Source: Gnetum montanum (Eukaryota > Plantae > Gnetophyta). Taken from it: a stretch of DNA of 64,000 nucleotides. The translations under genes and the position numbers were made by a program. The DNA is taken from assembly GCA_015680685.1 (NCBI GenBank), contig MNCI01000164.1, positions 23,665-87,664 on the forward strand, given 5' to 3'. Positions 1-12,605 of the stretch are shown one piece after another. The notes under the pieces are model-generated. The model was given only the letters and a program-made list of their open reading frames with translations, was not told where the DNA came from and did not search any database. The number at the start of each line of letters is the position of its first letter. Position 1 is the stretch's first letter.

Positions 1-191
1 CTATTACACTTGATCATATCGTGTACACCACAAGTGTAATTTAGAAGATAACGAATGATCTTTAGGCAAGGTTCACTGCCTAGATGACTAGTGTACTGAA
101 GAACATAAAGTCCTTGGAATTTGACTAGATTACATGTGAATTCTTCATGATTTGTATGGTTGAGCATAAGGGTACCTTCACTGCTTCATCA
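1..191 (+). repeat. 3' part of the 5' LTR (ends ...CTGCTTCATCA)
   Basis: Homologous to 16414-16604, ends in CA and is followed directly by the PBS. Confidence 0.9.
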
Positions 192-210
192 TTGGCATCA
201 TTGCCAAGGA
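192..210 (+). promoter_or_regulatory. Primer-binding site, Athila/tRNA-Asp type, deaminated
   Basis: TGGCATCATTGCCAAGGA differs from the Athila-type PBS TGGCGCCGTTGCCGGGGA only by C>T/G>A transitions. Confidence 0.75.
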
Positions 211-1027
211 ACTCGATTTGTTTGAAACATGTGCTCTTTAGGTTTAGTGAATACCATTAATATTGTTGTATGAACCTCAAGGTCCATATCATTCCTACTA
301 TACATAGAATTATAAAAAGCACATTGACATCTTATTTTATATTGCAAAATGTCTTCTTCTTCTCACAAGAATGAGGATGTGAAACCACTTGTCCCTCAAG
401 AATGTAGGGTGATATATACTCATCCTAATGAGTATGTACCTAACTTCACTTTTATATTGTATCAAGATGAACAGATGCGGTAGCAAGACATGGAGGGAAA
501 CATTATATTGCCTCCTGATGGTTCTGTGCCTAGAATGCTAATTCAAAATCTTAAAAAGTTAGGCATCTTAGATCTTTAAAAGGAATACATTGTGCATGGC
601 TTCGACACTCAAGACTATCGTCCCACAGAAACACAATGCAGGTAAGATCGACACCAAGAGAAGCAATGTGAACTTGTAAAGGGGAAACATTTCTCTAATT
701 TATTATTCTTGTTAAACCAAACTAATAATGAGGATCCTTCCCCTGATGATTCTCAATATGAAGATTCTCCACCCCTTGTTATTGAAGATAAGGGTGCAGC
801 CCAGAACTTGTGATCCACTATTCATAAACCAAATTCAAGAAAAAGTAACAATCAAGGTAGGGACATGAGTAAACATCATGATGGCAAGGGATGTGAGGAT
901 GGTGGTTATAATGAGTGAAAAGGTGGTGGTGGGCACCATAATGGCCATGGTACTTCGCCTTCCTCTTCATCCTCTTCATTTGATTCTGAACATTCCTCTT
1001 CATCTACTAGTTCTCATAGAAGCCACC

Positions 1028-1818
1028 TGATGAGCAATGAGGTACCCCTATGCTTAACCATATGAATACGAGTGTTTCATGCACTATCCAGTCAAATTCC
1101 AAGCACTAAGTGCTTATGCGTCATTGTGGAACAAGGATGGGTTAATTGATCATTGTCTTCCAAAGCTTACTTGTATGTCATGATTGTATGGTTAAGTAAG
1201 CTTGAGGCATATGATTTTTATAGCTTTTATGTTTTTATATCCTGCGCTAGTAGGGAAGAGAAAGATAACTAAGTGACTAATTTAACCTAACTACTAATTA
1301 ACTAGGCTTTAACTAATCCTAACACCAATATCCATTCTCACTTGCCATACACATCCTAAACCAGTGCAACACTACTGGGATTACCAAACGCTAATCATTA
1401 CTGGGTTACCAAGTGTTATACGCATGCTCGAAGTGATCGTATTGAGTGTANGTGGGCACTTGGAAAATACTCTAACCTTCAAACAAACTACAAGAGTTTC
1501 ACTACTTAACTGTACCAGACTTCTTTTCCAATTGTGTGCCTAGGCACTGTATTTATAGGCTTGGGAGAAACTACTCTAATAATTAGAGTAACTACTCCAA
1601 TAATAACCACTCTAATTATTAAAATAACCACTCCAATAATAACCGCTCTAATAATTAAAGTAACTGCTCCAATAATAACCACTCTAATTATTAGAGTAAC
1701 CACTCCAATAATAACTGCTCTAATAATTAGAGTAATCACTCCAATAATAACCACTCTAATTATTAGAGTAACCACTCCAATAATACCTACTCTAATAATT
1801 AGAGTAACCACTTCATCA
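1028..1818 (-). mobile_element. Antisense solo LTR of a related family inserted in the gag 5' region
   Basis: TGAT...ATCA termini with TSD CCACC at 1023-1027 and 1819-1823. The reverse complement matches host LTR segments around 15870-15930 and 16200-16604. Confidence 0.9.
1571..1810. repeat. 36-bp tandem repeat (~6.7 copies) containing the quasi-palindrome ACTCTAATWATTAGAGT
   Basis: Read directly. It produces the TTLIIRVTTPII periodic ORFs in the ORF track. Confidence 0.95.
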
Positions 1819-4800
1819 CCACCGTAGAAATAATAATGATGAAGGTGATTAATGAGACAATAATGACCATAGAACCCACAAAGAAAGTGAAGGTAATAGA
1901 GGACATCATCAGAGACAATGCAATAATGATGATGATGAGCCCCTATTGGCAACTTGAAGCATGCTTAACATTGCAAAGGTAGTAAAGATTCCAACCAAGC
2001 ATATGAAAGATAGTCGAATCAAGTGCTTAGATATGAAAAATATGCCAAGAATTTAGGGGGGATATAATTCTAATCTACAAACACATCTCCAAGCTTTCCA
2101 TGATGCCTATTCCTTACAGAATATTGAAAATGATTCGTAGAAACTCAAGTTCTTCCCTAGGACACTCATCAAGGAAGTTGAAAGCTAGTACCAGTCCTTA
2201 GAGGTAGAATCTATCCATCGATGGAGTACAATGCTTGAGCTATTTAATAACAAATACCAAATGTACTCTAAAGTGCCCAACCTAAAAAAGTAAATCCAAG
2301 GCTATAAATAGGAAACACATGAACCCTTAGATGCTGCCATTTGTAGATACTATTCTCTCTTACATCGATGCCTTGGCCATGGTTATTCTTAGAGGGAACA
2401 ACTTCACCATATCATAAATGGGCTCAAAGCTAAAACAAGAAGAACTCTTGGGGTTTATGCCTAAGAGAGACTCTGTAAATTAAGAGCTCACCAGATCCAA
2501 AGGCTTATAGAGTAGGTAGAAAAGTGCAGAAGAGTATAATAGAGAACCTTCCATCAAAAAAAGAGAGGTTCAATTTTGTGAAGAGGAGGATGCACCACTT
2601 GATGAAGTGGTAAATAGAAAAAGCTTTCTTATTCAAAAATTTGTTTCTAATATTTCAACTAAGGTTGATAAATTATGGAACTCTTTAGATGAAAATTTCC
2701 AAACTACTATGAAAATTGCTGAAGAATCCAAAGAGCGAAATAGTGATCATGATCACAGAAGATGAAAAGAAGTTGAATGTGACTATCAACAAGGTAAGGG
2801 CAAGGCTACTACAGTAGAAGAAGTTATGAAAATTGACTCTAATGATGATATTGGTTCTGACATTTGACAATATGAACATCCTAAGGGATGTTGCTTTATG
2901 GTGTCACACTTACAAGAGTCTGGGTTGTACGAACTGACTCCTTCACTATCAAGGAGGCAAGCACCCAAAAGATTACCTTATCCTCAAAGTAATCCAAGGC
3001 AGTTCCACCAACAACAATAAGCTTATTATCCAAATGGAGCTCTACCACAACTGTACGAGAAATACTAGTAGTAGCAACAACCACAGTCATGGGGGATGCC
3101 ACACCAAGGTAGCAGTACCCTTACAAGTAGCCAAATCCTTATGGGTACTATGTTCAACAACTTATTTCTCCATGAAGCTATACAAGTTATGCTTCATTCC
3201 AGCATCACTATTATCCCCTAGAATATCATTAAAACCATTCACCATCTACTTGAGGGGAGAACCCATATCCATATCATCCTCCACATCCATCTACACATAT
3301 CCCTCTGCATTGTACCCAGTTACCTCGTGCTCCATCTATGCAAGGAAAAATTCCCCCATAGCCACATCAATGAAATGCTATGAGGGCTGTAAACTTGCAC
3401 CCAGACTTCCAATCAAGTGGGTTAGACAATCGATCCAAGAAATGATCATTCTTCTGATCTAACAATCCTCCCAAGTCCTCACAACCTAATGCAATTAGTC
3501 ACCCTGTATCTCCAACTACCTCATCCTCTGCATCAAATACCTTCAAGATCCCTTCGAACCAAATGCCACCTAAGATCTACATTGTAATGTTAAAGCATTC
3601 TGTTTGCGACTAGATCAAGGCTGGCAATCTCCCTACAAAGAGAGCTGACCCTGGAAGTCCCCTTATCTACTTATAGATCATCAAACATGAACCACATGAA
3701 GCTCTTCTTAACTTTGGTTTTGAAGTTCATCTCGTATTGGATGACATGTACAAAGCTTGGAACCTTCCACCTCTTAAGAAGAGTAACATCTATTTAGAAT
3801 TGGTAGATTAGTCAATCACTATTCCTTTGGGGTTAGTGGAGGACATTATAACCATAGTATGTGGATGGTCCTACCTTGCTGATTTTCTAGTGATCAAGGT
3901 TAAAAATTGCAAAGGTGACTTTCCTATCATCATGGGACATGCATGGTTAAGTACTGTGGATGTAAGAATGAGCATCAGAGACCTCTCCTTAGAGATTTCC
4001 AAGGAGAATGAATTTGAAAAAATGGAGAAGAAGCAAATTCAATGCATTTCTTACAGTGATAATGGGTGCAATTGCATGCAAAAGTTCTAGTCTATTAAAA
4101 ACACATCCATTAAAGCATGTAATCAGTATGTAGAAGAAATAGAAATACAAAAGTGTTTGTACACAACAACCACAAAACAAGAGGGCACCCAGTGGCTAAC
4201 AACTAATTCTAATAGCAGCACATTATGCATGGAACCAACTAAGAGCCTAACATGTGCTTATGTTGAAAGCATGGATGAACTTGAGAAAGTTCATCACCAA
4301 CTCTCTAATGATGAAAATGATGATACCTATTGGGGAGAGTTGGAAATCCATGAAAATTTTAAACAAGAGCCCTAAGAATTAAAATTTTTACCATCTAGCA
4401 TGGAATATGCATCTTTAAACAATGGTAATTTGGTTATAATCAATGCCTAACTCACTCTTGCATAAAAAGAAAACTTGTTAATAGTGGTTAATAAATGGCC
4501 AATAGCCTTTGCTTGGTCATATCCCGAGCTGACTAGAATTGATCCAAGGATATGCTAGCATTGCATTTACACTAACATGGCCATGAAGCCAAGAAGGTAG
4601 TCATAGAGGCAATTGAACCCTAAATTAAAGCAAATCATCAAGGAGAAAATAGAAGAACTCCTCAAGGTAGGGTTCATTTATCCCATCGCAGATAGTGAGT
4701 TGGTTAGCCCACTTGTAATTTTACCAAAGAAAGGTGGCAAGTGGCAGGTTTGTATTGACTTTAGGCTATTGAACATGGCTACATTCAAAGATCATTTTCC

Positions 4801-7800
4801 ATTGCCATTTTTTGATTAGGTGTTAAACACTATCTTTGGGCATTGCTATTATAGCTTCCTAGATGGTTATAATGGCTATAACCAAATTCAGAATGCACCT
4901 AGGGATCAAGCCAAGACAACATTCACGAGTCCTTAGGGGAATTTTGCATATTGTAAGATGTCTTTTGGTGTGTGCAATGCTCCTACAACATTCCAACACC
5001 TGGTCCTTAGCATGTTTTAGCAACAAATCGGTAGCAGTGTGGAAGTCTTCATGGATGACTTCTCTACCTATGGAGCTACGTCTGAGCAAGCCTTAGACCA
5101 TCTTGAGCAAGTACTGAAAAGATGCATGGAAATAAATCTACAGCTCAACTAGCAATAAGACCATCCCATGCTCCAACAAGACATTGTACTAGGGCATAGA
5201 ATCACTCAAGAAAGGATTGAGGTAGACCCTAGAAAAATAAGAGTCATCTAAGGAATAACTCATTAACCAGAAATCATTAAAGATGTTCAGTCATTCCTTG
5301 GATACACTGGCTACTATCGACTATTCATAGAGAATTTCTCTAAGATTGCAAAACCATTGGTAGAGCTTACAAAGAAAGATGCACCTTTCATATGGATAAA
5401 CAAGTGCAACACATGCATTCCAGCAGTTGAAGGAAAAACTCATAAAAACTTCAATTCTACAGGTACCAAACTAGTCTATCCCATTCCATATAATGATAGA
5501 TGCATCTAATTATGCTTTGGAAGCTATGCTTATGTAGCTAGATGATGAGAAACATCCATACTACATCCACTGTGTGAGCCAAAGCATTGTGAGAGCACAA
5601 TTAAATTACACCACCATGGAGAAAGAACTAATGGTAGTTGTGTATGCTCTTGAAAAGTTTAGGTATTGTGTGCTTGGCTGCAAAGTATTTCTACACACAA
5701 ACCATAGTGCAATTTTCTTCCTTATGAACAAGCCAACAGTGAGCCCTCATATCATACAATGGCCTATGATATTGCAGGAATTTGATCTTGCGATGATAGA
5801 TCAGAAAAGAACTGAGAATGTGGTCACTGATCACCTCTCTCGATTAAGGTGGGATAATAAAGAGGAGGAGAGCCTAATCTCTAATTAATTTCCAAACAAA
5901 CTCCTCTTTACTACTGTAATAAATGAACAAATGCTCATAGAACCAAAATGGTACAATGGCATCCTCACTTCTCTTCTCACTCAAGAGATGCCACAACATC
6001 TTGACTTTAGAAAGAAATAACAATTTCTTCATCGAGCTAAATACTTTATGGAAATCAACAGACACCTCTACAAGGTATGCGCTAATGGCCTGATTCGTTG
6101 GTGTGTCCCTAATGAAGATCAACTGCACATTCTTTAGGATGCTCACAAAGGGCCTTGCAAAGGCCACTATGCAGGGAGACACATGGCCATAAAAATCTTA
6201 ATGGTAGGATACTACTAGCCCAGAATCTTTAGGGAAATCCACTAATTTGTCCAATCTTGTAAACACTGCCAACAAGATGGTGGGATGATCACATGAATGG
6301 AGGGTCCTCAATAGTGGATTCAACCACTAGATTCCTTTGATATTTAGGGCATAGACTTCATGGATCCCATCACACCCATGTCCAATGGAAAAGCATATAT
6401 TATTGTAGCAATTGACTACTATACCAAATGGGAAAATGCAACACCTGTCGCCAACTATACATCATCCACTACTATTAGATTCATACAACAAAGTGTGATA
6501 AATAAGTTTTGTATGCCACATGCACTGATTTCTAACAATGGAACCCATTTCACAAGTACCACCTTTCACAAGTTAATGCAACCTTGGGGGTTGAACATAA
6601 ATTAACAACACCTTATCATCCCCAAGCTAGTGGCCAAGTTAAAGTCACTAATAAGGAGATTACAAAAATCTTAATGAGAACAATAAGCAAATATAGGAAG
6701 GATTGGAGCACAAAACTCAAAAATGCCCTCTAAGCCTACTGCTCAACACAAAAACTTCCTATTGGCTATTCTCCCTATGAGCTGGTGTACAAAAAGCTTC
6801 TAACACTACCAATCCAATTCGAGCTCCATACACTTTCAACAACTTCTGACTTGGACCTGACTTGGACCTTGACCTAAGGCTAGTACAAAAAGAATGATTA
6901 AAACCTAAATGTGCTAGATGAAAATCAATTAGTGGCCCTATCTTTGAATGAAGTGCACAAGCATACAACAAAACATGACATGGCCTTAGAATAAGTAAAG
7001 TAAAATTCCAACTTGGTGATAAGGTTCTCTACTAGAACCCCACACACGTACCTCAAAAAAAAAAAGCTCTAAATGTTGTGCGAGGGACCTTATATAATTG
7101 AAAAAACTTTTTTCTTTGGGGCCATGTTAATTTACAAACCTAAAAGCCCAAATAAAAAGTAGTTGGTCAACTTCCAACAAATAAAGCTTTTCCATGAGCC
7201 CAAGTAAGCCAATGCAATGAATACCTCAACGAATGGATGACCATGCTCAATTTTTTAGCTCTCCTCCTTTCAATATAGTTGTGGGGGAGATGACCATCCA
7301 TATGGCTACTCAATTTTTTAATTTTTAATTTTTTGTTTTTTTTACACATTTTTGTCTTTATAGTTATTTATTTTACAACATTTTGATTTTAAATGTTTTT
7401 CCTATTTTACACCATCATTAGTACATTTGAATCTTTCTTGAATATTTTACATTTTCTTATATATTCTACTTTGTTTTGTTTGAGTGTGATTTTCAAATTT
7501 TTGCTAGTAAAAGTGCTTTATTGCCAATAGGACATAGTGGTGTTGCGACTACTATTGATGGTGGTTTATTCTTAATGTTTTGTTTGCTTATGTCTAGGTT
7601 CTATTGTGGATTTTTGTATCAATGGATTAGTCATGATTCCTTTTTCATGGCTATAGGAAATGAGTCCATAACATCCACCCATCCACCAAATCTATGATTT
7701 TCCTTTTTCTAGAAGTATGAGGTCCCTTCCATTAAAGAAAATCTTAATGAATCAATTACCTTAGTAGTTTCTGGAATTGGATAGGATTCAAAGGTTTGAA

Positions 7801-8903
7801 AAGGGTGTAACTTTAAGGGTACTTGGCACTCTTTGTGCTCTTCTACTTACTCAGATGCTTGGGTGTTTTCATGGACTTCTTACCGCTCCATGTTGACCAA
7901 TAATAGAAAGTTCAATAAAGTCTTTGCATGGTGTGATTCCCATTGAAGAAAAAATAAAACAAATAAAAAAACATGATGGGAATTTAAAGTGCACCCCTTA
8001 GATAAAGAAACGGGCTACAAGCACTGGTTATGGGACTAGAAAGACATGTTACCCATGTTTGAAGGTCCTCTCTAACTAAGGCTCTCTCTCACTTCTTGCT
8101 TTATTTTTCTTCTCTTTATGGAGCGATGGTTGTTTGTGGGTGCACTCCTATGTCTTGAGGGGATGGATTGGTCTTAGAGTGCCAATGTGAAGTCATTGAA
8201 CGTGGTTGGTTTTGGTTGAAACTAAGGATGGATCTTCTCAAGTTATTCTAAACACACAATTCCACAAGGGACTTCTTATGACCTCAATTCAAGATTCCAT
8301 TCCACCTTCTACATCATCCACCTATGCTTACTGTAATTCACCTTACTGTCAGTGTCCATGTTCTTAACTCTATGTCTTGGTCTAATGTACCTGAATTCTT
8401 AGGTAGCATCTTCTAGGCTTCAATCTTTAACTTCCATTGACCATTAATCACCTAGGGGGCCCACGAACTCCTTAGGTTGAGGTTATGCAAGGGTAAACAA
8501 GGCATGTGCCTACTATGGGAAGGGAGGATCCACTTGCATATCCTTTGGTCTGGTTTGTTAAGTACATTCACCTTAGGCATTCTTGCAATTAGAATCTTTC
8601 ATATGCTCATCTTTGGAATCAAACCATGTGTTCCTTTACAAATTTTGTTCAATAAATACATTCTTCATTGAATTTTTCAATTTTTGAGCTTTAATAGACC
8701 CTCTTCAATGATTTTATCATAATCTTGACTTTTCTAGGACTCCATGGACCCTAATGTCATTTTAAAAATTCTTAATATTTTTTGAGAAATTCAAGTTTGA
8801 AATTCTGGTGAATGGGCCTCATAAACGAGGCCCCATCAATGAAGCAGACCTGTATACGAGGCCCCATACATGGGGCCCTATTGATGTAGGGGAAAAATAC
8901 TAT

Positions 8904-11900
8904 TGTTGGCACATTTTGGCCATTTCATGGAACAGGTTGGCATGATAAAATTGATTAAAGGTTTTTGCAATTTTCAGTACTCTCTTATTGTTAGTTGGAG
9001 AAGTGGCAAGAATTCCACAAATCATTAACTATGTTTTCTCACTAAATTCATAAGGGAGCTTTTAAAAATCCATTGCAAAGCAATTTTAGATGCTGAAAGA
9101 TTGAAGACTGCTGTACTTTGTTAGAATAAACAAAATTTTAGCTTGTGGATAAAGAGAAATAGCATCTAAATTTAAAGAAGAAAGAAATGAAGAATCAAAG
9201 TAACTGCAATTGATGGTAAACTGGTCATTGGAAATTACAATATTCTTCATGAAGCAATTTGTTCATGTGCCCTATATATGAAGTGCAGAACAAAAAGAAG
9301 AAGAGAGAAAATGAATAAGGGTTAAAATGTAGTTAGCAATATATATAAGAATTGAGAATTGGACGTCACAATAATGTTTATTGACAGCAAAAGTAGAGAC
9401 ATTGGAAAAAGGCAATTTGTCAAACACTTTGTATATACTCTGCATTTGAATTAGCAATGAAAACCGAAAAAACAAGAACAGCAAGACAGGCATCAAGAAT
9501 ATATCAGAATCTTGCCAATATTAGCACCCAAATCATACAACAGCTGTCCTTGATTCACAAATTGAATAAAACAAATTTAAAAAGAAAAACGTAGAAAGCC
9601 CTAGGTAAATCTGGGGCAAAGATTTCAGGTGCTTAGAACCCTAAACCACAATTATCATTTGCTCCTGGAACCTGCAAAAGAAAAAGAAAATCTCCCTCAA
9701 TAATCCACAGTATACAGAGAGTGGAGTCTTCGCATAAAAGGGCAAAAACGCAATAGGGTTTCTAGCTCGTATTTGACAGAGCACCAGGGCATGGTAGAGA
9801 AATAAACTCCAAAAAAAATGTACTGCGTAACTACAGCTAACAAGAATCTTAAATCATGGTAGACAAGGGCATCCTGCCAAGAATTTGGTCCCAGAAATTC
9901 AGTGAATGCAGAGCACACATAGAGGTCTAGCCGAGAACAATGATTGTAATCATTTAAATTGCGCCTTTTCCTCCACTGGTGTAGGGTGCATACAGTTCAT
10001 GCAGAAATTGCCAAGATGCTCAGCAGAGTTTCAAACCTTCTGATACTGAATAACTGTCACTAAAAATAGACCTTTGGTGTATCTAGACGACACCAGTGAC
10101 TCGGCATTTGCAACTACCGAAGCAGGGATGAATTTGCAATTGTTCTAGTAACAATACCACACTAGCAAATGGCGAAATTCCTCATTTCTTTGCTGCAGGT
10201 CAGAAGCGTGATGATTAACAACCGCGGATTTCCTGTTAATTTGAAATATTTGCATAGGAGAGAGTTGGCATTGCTCATTATCCGAGTTTCAATTCAAACA
10301 TTCCTCTTGATGAAACAAGCTCATGCAATAATTCATGAAAAATACGCTACAGACGTCTTAACTACGGTTTTATTATTCGAAAAAGCCGAACATCCTCATG
10401 ATCTAGAGAATTTGCACATAAATTGGGAGTGACAGAAGAAAAATAAAAATATAGATAAATGGGTACCAGTTTGGATAAGTTACTATGGTTGTTTGGGGCC
10501 ATAAAATTGAAATATGAATATATTTATGGTCATACCATAATGAGACATGTAGAAACAAAACATGAGTCCTCCATGGCTCCCTAGTCTATCATGATGGTTA
10601 CAACTACAAGATATTGATCACCTATAAAAATTTAACCCCATGGTGAATATAACCACTAGATACTTGGCTTCATTTTAAATTTCCTATAAATGTTGTAATT
10701 TCATGACAATCGTAGCCTCTCAATAAAAATGGTGGTTATAACCACTACAAAGGCCACTTGTCAACTACAGCTTTTTTATCTCCATGGTGACCACTTGGTA
10801 ACTGAATGGGCCACTTGGCAACTAAATGGGACACTTGTCAACTGCAGCTTTTTTTATCTCTATGGTGGTTATAACCATCCATAATGTTTGTAACTTACCT
10901 CACCTTCTCATGATGATTGCAACTACCTTGAGGTTACTATAAAAGGGCTTCAAGGGTAGGAAGGAAAGGCTCTAGAGGAGGGTCTCACTCTGGGTCTTGG
11001 TGGCTAGGGGGAAGAGCATTTGTAAAGAAGCCATTGTGAAAGATTGCTTGTAAGATGACTTGTTAAAGACAACATTTCAGCCTCTTTGTCATAGTCCTAT
11101 GAGTTATGCTTATTTTTTTTATTCTGTTTAAATTGTTTAGCTAGTGGTTTAGATAGTATCTTGCTTGGCAAGTAATTTTGGGATTTTTAGATTGCTCTTA
11201 TTGTTCTTGTTGCATGATAGAAAATTTCCATTAAAATTTTGCCATAGAAAAGCTTGTATTTGAAAGCCTTAAGAGCATTTTAGTAGTGAATTTTATTATT
11301 GTGCAATGTATAAGAACCACTATTGAGATTGTTGTAAGAGAGCCTCTGCATGTAGTCAAGTCGTTAAACGATTGAATAGTGAAGAGGGTTCTAGAAAATC
11401 TTTAGTATTTTGATAGGACCAGAATAGCTTCTTTTATCTTTAAAGTGAATCTCCGTGGTATTTCAATCATAAATTGTCAAGTCTTTTGAAGGTTCTGTTG
11501 AATGCAATTGTTGACATCCATTATCTAGCCAAAATAGAGTCTGGTACATGATAGTTTACGCAGCAATTTTTTTTGGGGAGCATGGTAGGATTGTCTTGAA
11601 GAAATTGCTTATTTGAGCCTTGGAAGTTTGAACAATTCGTAGTTATTGAATTTGGGATAGCTTTATTGCAAATTGTTTACTCGTATCATTTTACCTTGTT
11701 TAAACATTTGAGATCTTTACACAAATCTGCTTTCTTTTTCTCTTCTTTCTATTTCCAATGAATCTTGCTCTATTTCTAGTTTTCTTATGGAACTATCTCT
11801 TTCTCTGGCGAAAATTAGAAGTAGATTCATAGAGTTGTGCTCAGATGTTTTTGCAAAACTTTATTTATTACAAGTAGGTATTATAAGGACCGCATAGACT

Positions 11901-12157
11901 AGGGAATTGAACAAAATAGGAACTCTCAACAACTCACAGTATTTTGCAAAGTTGGTTGAATCTCTTTAAGATAAGTCATTTACAATTTTACACACAATCC
12001 AACCATTTCATTTTTCACAACAGCACACACACATACTCACATTAACTACTGAGTCTATTTGGAGGTATCTAGGCCTTGGTGTTGCTAGAGACCAGCAAGC
12101 ACCTAAATCCTGTTTGAGGACACTCATTGGCGGTCGCGTCCCAAACGGTCACCAACA
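8904..12157 (+). mobile_element. 3.25-kb solo LTR of a long-LTR gypsy (Ogre/Tat-like size)
   Basis: TGTTGG...CCAACA inverted termini with TSD ACTAT at 8899-8903 and 12158-12162. TATA-like CTATAAAAG at ~10937 is preceded by GGTTATAACC repeats. No coding domains. Confidence 0.85.
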
Positions 12158-12605
12158 ACTATAAATACATGCGACCCCCTTTTGAAATTTTCACATTTGC
12201 TTACAAATGCTAAAGGAGTTTTTGCAATTTTTAGAGCCCAGAACCTTCTCAAGCCCATAAATTTCTAACCATTAATTCAAATCACAATGTTCTTTCACCT
12301 TGTAGCTACCAGAGGTAAGCTCTTTGTTCTGGGGGTCCTAAATGTACCATTTTTTATAGAAAATTTTTCATCATTTTTCTAACTCCCACTAAGGTTTAGC
12401 TATGAAATCAACTGTTAGACATTAAGTTAGAAGAGTTAAACCTTTCCAATAATCTTTGGTGACATTTACAATAAATAATTAATAAAATAATCAATCTGCC
12501 ATGGTCTAACCTTGGTCAAAGTGTAACTACATAATGAGAAAAGATATTCAAAATTTTGAAGTTACACATGATATCTACTAATCCATGGATGTGTTATGAC
12601 TATAG

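Larger units (their letters stand above)
348..7200 (+). pseudogene. Degenerate gag-pol polyprotein: gag ~1960-2600, protease ~3640-3970, RT ~4560-5300, RNase H ~5480-5860, integrase ~6050-7100
   Basis: Motifs: VSPLVILPKKGGKWQVCIDFRLLN..KDHFPLPF, FMDDF, NYTTMEKELMVVVYALEKFRY, NVVTDHLSRL, GIDFMDP..IIVAIDYYTKW, PYHPQASGQV and GPY. Many stops and frameshifts; interrupted at 1028-1818. Confidence 0.92.

Noticed and set aside
1506-1952. 148-aa and 97-aa repetitive ORFs (VVTLIIRVVIIG...), and a CRISPR-like look of the array
   Set aside because: These are translations of the 36-bp LTR tandem repeat. The 'spacers' are near-identical, the context is eukaryotic and there are no cas genes.
10548-11548. 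Separate TGTA...TACA LTR inside the 3.25-kb insertion
   Set aside because: No TSD or convincing PBS. The 8904-12157 boundaries have both inverted termini and a TSD.
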